Positions 62,201 through 64,000 of a DNA stretch of 64,000 nt are shown here, in pieces. The notes under the pieces are model-generated. The model did not search any database. It saw only the letters and a list, made by a program, of their open reading frames with translations, and had not been told where the DNA came from. Every line of letters starts with the position of its first letter. The first letter of the stretch is position 1. Location: assembly GCA_964106915.2 (NCBI GenBank), contig OZ066919.1; one strand, given 5' to 3'. The stretch comes from Podarcis gaigeae (taxonomy: Eukaryota). Both the position numbers and the translations under genes were made by a program.

Positions 62201-63178
62201 CAAGTTTTATACACACACACACATACACACACACACACAAGCTGCCAAATAATGCAGAGTAATATGCACGTTTCCATAGGAATTGCAGCCATGCTTCTGA
62301 ACTCCAACCCTGACCTGTCCATCTCCGAGTTGAGGCAGAAGCTGATCCACTTCTCCAGAAAAAACCTCATCAATGAGGCTTGGTTTCCAGAAGACCAGAG
62401 GCTACTAACTCCAAACAGGGTAGCTGGGCTTCCCTCCAAACTGGTAGCAGGTGAGTGATCCTTATTCTCGTTGGCTTCATGCTTTAGTAGAAGAGCTTTG
62501 ACAGGCCATGACAAGGGTCCATTTGACGTTCCCCTCCCCTCCCCCCGCCTTCCAAAATGCCACTTTTCCAGCTCAACTTTCGAGTGGTTCCCAAGCACCT
62601 CCTTGTGATGGGTCTCGTGAATGTGTGTGTGTTCTCCAGTTGGCTGGACCAGGGAAAGAGCTGCACTCTGTGGGGCACTGCTAGGCACCTCTAATGGCCA
62701 CGAGCCACTTCCTTTCAGATGAGCAGCTGTACTGTCGTTCCGTGTGGTCTTCCCTGTCGGGGTCAACCAGCAAGTCGATAGCTGCCGCCCGCTGCAACAG
62801 CAACGAAGAAATGTTCAGCTGCTCAAGCTTATCGAAGAATGGCAAGCGGCGAGGCGAGCGCATGGAGGTGACGTTCTGTGGGGGGCCAGGCTACGTTTTG
62901 GAGTTGCTGTTTTACATGCAGACACAAGCTTTTCAGTGGCTTATGGAAGCTTGCTGGCACTTCCCTGTGTCTCACTGCTGTGCTTTCCAAATTCCAGGAT
63001 TACGGAGGCAAGAAGGAGTGTGTGGCTCATAATCGGTTTGGGGGCCAAGGCGTCTATGCCATTGCCAGGTGCTGCATTTGGCCCAAAGCCGACTGCCAGG
63101 TTCATGCCCACTCGCAGACTGCAGAGGGCACGGCACTGCAGAGTGTCAGCTGCACCAAGGACGGCCATGTATTGACAG
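44255..63178 (+). CDS. PCSK9: Proprotein convertase subtilisin/kexin type 9, exons 1-10 (557 codons; 3' partial): 44255..44452,47735..47926,52714..52837,54205..54338,56513..56654,57366..57562,58799..58982,62280..62450,62719..62867,62998..63178
   Basis: Signal peptide, I9 prodomain, VFAQ|SIP autocleavage site, triad LLDT / DSHGTH / SGTS, oxyanion AAGN, Cys-rich C-terminal module; exon sizes 192/124/134/142/197/184/149 as recalled for human. Confidence 0.98.
47735..47926 (+). CDS. PCSK9: PCSK9 exon 2
   Basis: GCAG|[14 protein letters not shown]...KMSSDVLHM|GTAAGT. Confidence 0.95.
48389..48537 (+). mobile_element. Sauria SINE 3' half
   Basis: GGCCACATGACCCGGAAG...GGGGTCCCTTTACCTTTACCTTT. Confidence 0.85.
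49668..49773 (+). mobile_element. tRNA(Lys)-like-head SINE with internal deletion
   Basis: GGGATAGCTCAGGCGGTAGAGCATGACTCTTAATCTCA joined to the CR1-type CCCTTCCAACTCTA tail. Confidence 0.65.
52714..52837 (+). CDS. PCSK9: PCSK9 exon 3 (autocleavage site); not recovered by the ORF track
   Basis: TACAG|[41 protein letters not shown]+A|GTAGGT. Confidence 0.95.
54205..54338 (+). CDS. PCSK9: PCSK9 exon 4 (catalytic Asp)
   Basis: TTTTAG|..[13 protein letters not shown]...GTRFHRQ|GTACGC. Confidence 0.95.
56106..56297. mobile_element. Tc1/mariner (Tigger-like) MITE, copy 3
   Basis: TA-CAGTGGTACCTTGGGTT ... CCGAGGTACCACTG-TA. Confidence 0.85.
56513..56654 (+). CDS. PCSK9: PCSK9 exon 5 (catalytic His)
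   Basis: GGCAG|[13 protein letters not shown]...SGTLM+G|GTGAGT. Confidence 0.95.
57366..57562 (+). CDS. PCSK9: PCSK9 exon 6 (oxyanion Asn)
   Basis: GACAG|..LEFIKK...[19 protein letters not shown]|GTACGT. Confidence 0.95.
58799..58982 (+). CDS. PCSK9: PCSK9 exon 7 (catalytic Ser)
   Basis: CATAG|VITVGATN...[22 protein letters not shown]+G|GTAAAA. Confidence 0.95.
59177..59630 (-). mobile_element. Relatively young L2 LINE 3' end with long (AAT)n tail
   Basis: Open frame [15 protein letters not shown]...[15 protein letters not shown] typical of the L2 ORF2 C-terminus; CpGs retained. Confidence 0.88.
59800..60950 (+). mobile_element. Old fragmented L2 ORF2 (reverse transcriptase) relic
   Basis: Frame-shifted motifs LSAAFE.V.H, HQYVD (for YADD), LNP.KT, TVVH.LV.SRL..CN.L.VGLP...LLVQN. 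Confidence 0.7.
60377..60509. mobile_element. hAT-type palindromic MITE nested in the L2 relic
   Basis: Long imperfect TIRs; TSD TGTTAGAG / CATTAGAG. Confidence 0.75.
62280..62450 (+). CDS. PCSK9: PCSK9 exon 8
   Basis: CCATAG|..IAAMLL...[22 protein letters not shown]..+G|GTGAGT. Confidence 0.95.
62719..62867 (+). CDS. PCSK9: PCSK9 exon 9
   Basis: TTTCAG|..[10 protein letters not shown]...GKRRGERME|GTGACG. Confidence 0.95.
62998..63178 (+). CDS. PCSK9: PCSK9 exon 10
   Basis: TTCCAG|[26 protein letters not shown]...GHVLT+G|GTATGT. Confidence 0.95.
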
Positions 63179-63497
63179 GTATGTGAAGACAGCTATGATG
63201 GATGCAATCCATATTGTCGTGCCAAAGCATCTTTCCCACGTGGGTTCTGTGTTGCCAAGGAAGGTTCTGTGCAGGGAAGAGGACTCCCTTACTGGACCCA
63301 GACTTATGTGGCCAATAATGTGTTGTGGCACACTTGCAGATCTTATAGTTTGATGCAGTGTGGGTTGGGATGGGCTTTCCCACCTGCCATCTTGGGACCA
63401 CTGTGCGACATTTGCAAGCAACTCTTTGTGAGCTTGCATAGTTTGCACAATTAATAACTACCGGTAATGAAAATTGAACAGTTTATAAGTACAGTTT

Positions 63498-63727
63498 TAT
63501 AAGTACCTTGTATCCTAAATGCCTTGGTACTTGGACATTTTGGCTCCCGAATGCTGCAAACCTGGCCAGTTTGCGAACCTTCTTCGGAACCGGAACGTCC
63601 GACGGGGCTTCTGATTGGCTGCAGGAGTTTCCTGCAGCTAATCAGAAGCACCACTGAGGTTTCCGAACGTTTTGGAAGTTGAACGGACTTCCGGAATGGA
63701 TTCCATTCGACTTCCAAGGTACAACTG
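63498..63727. mobile_element. Tc1/mariner (Tigger-like) MITE remnant
   Basis: Ends CAAGGTACAACTG-TA; shares core with 35869-36098. Confidence 0.65.
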
Positions 63728-64000
63728 TATTTGCACTTGGGGAATTCTTCAAAGCTGGATAGAATTTATTTACCTTTCTCTAAACTCACAAAAGCAGAGT
63801 TTATTATTTTTTTTAAAGCAGCGGGAAAGTCAAGTACTGGTCAAGGATCCTTAAAACAGCATGTAAACCTATTGCATGGTCATGGCAACATCCGCACACA
63901 TTGCTTATGCATGCACAATGCCCATGAGCAGTACAGTGCATGCACACTCAAGTGGGCAAAACAGCTTGTGGAAACAGGCCTTTCAGTAGGTCTGAACAGA

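Overview
Vertebrate genomic DNA. The repeat content (Sauria SINE, squamate L2/CR1/Penelope remnants, hAT and Tc1/mariner MITEs) points to a squamate, probably a lacertid lizard. Three spliced + strand genes lie in the same order as human 1p32: TMEM61 (2 coding exons, 214 aa, probable non-coding first exon in a CpG island at about 1.8-2.3 kb), BSND/barttin (4 exons, 316 aa) and PCSK9 (exons 1-10 of 12; the gene runs off the right edge). All exon joins are GT-AG and in phase. Most notable: (1) TMEM61 and barttin share motif-level similarity in both TM helices, a comparable phase-2 intron and [LI]PSYE tails, suggesting an old tandem paralog pair; (2) the mammalian PCSK9 HNF1-HINFP-SRE promoter module is near-intact; (3) a Penelope-type minimal hammerhead ribozyme carries a catalytic G12A lesion; (4) a sense poly(A)-tailed retro-insertion in BSND intron 1 could yield a 90-aa mini-barttin. 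One 129-nt assembly gap. Human comparisons and repeat family names are from memory, not from a search.
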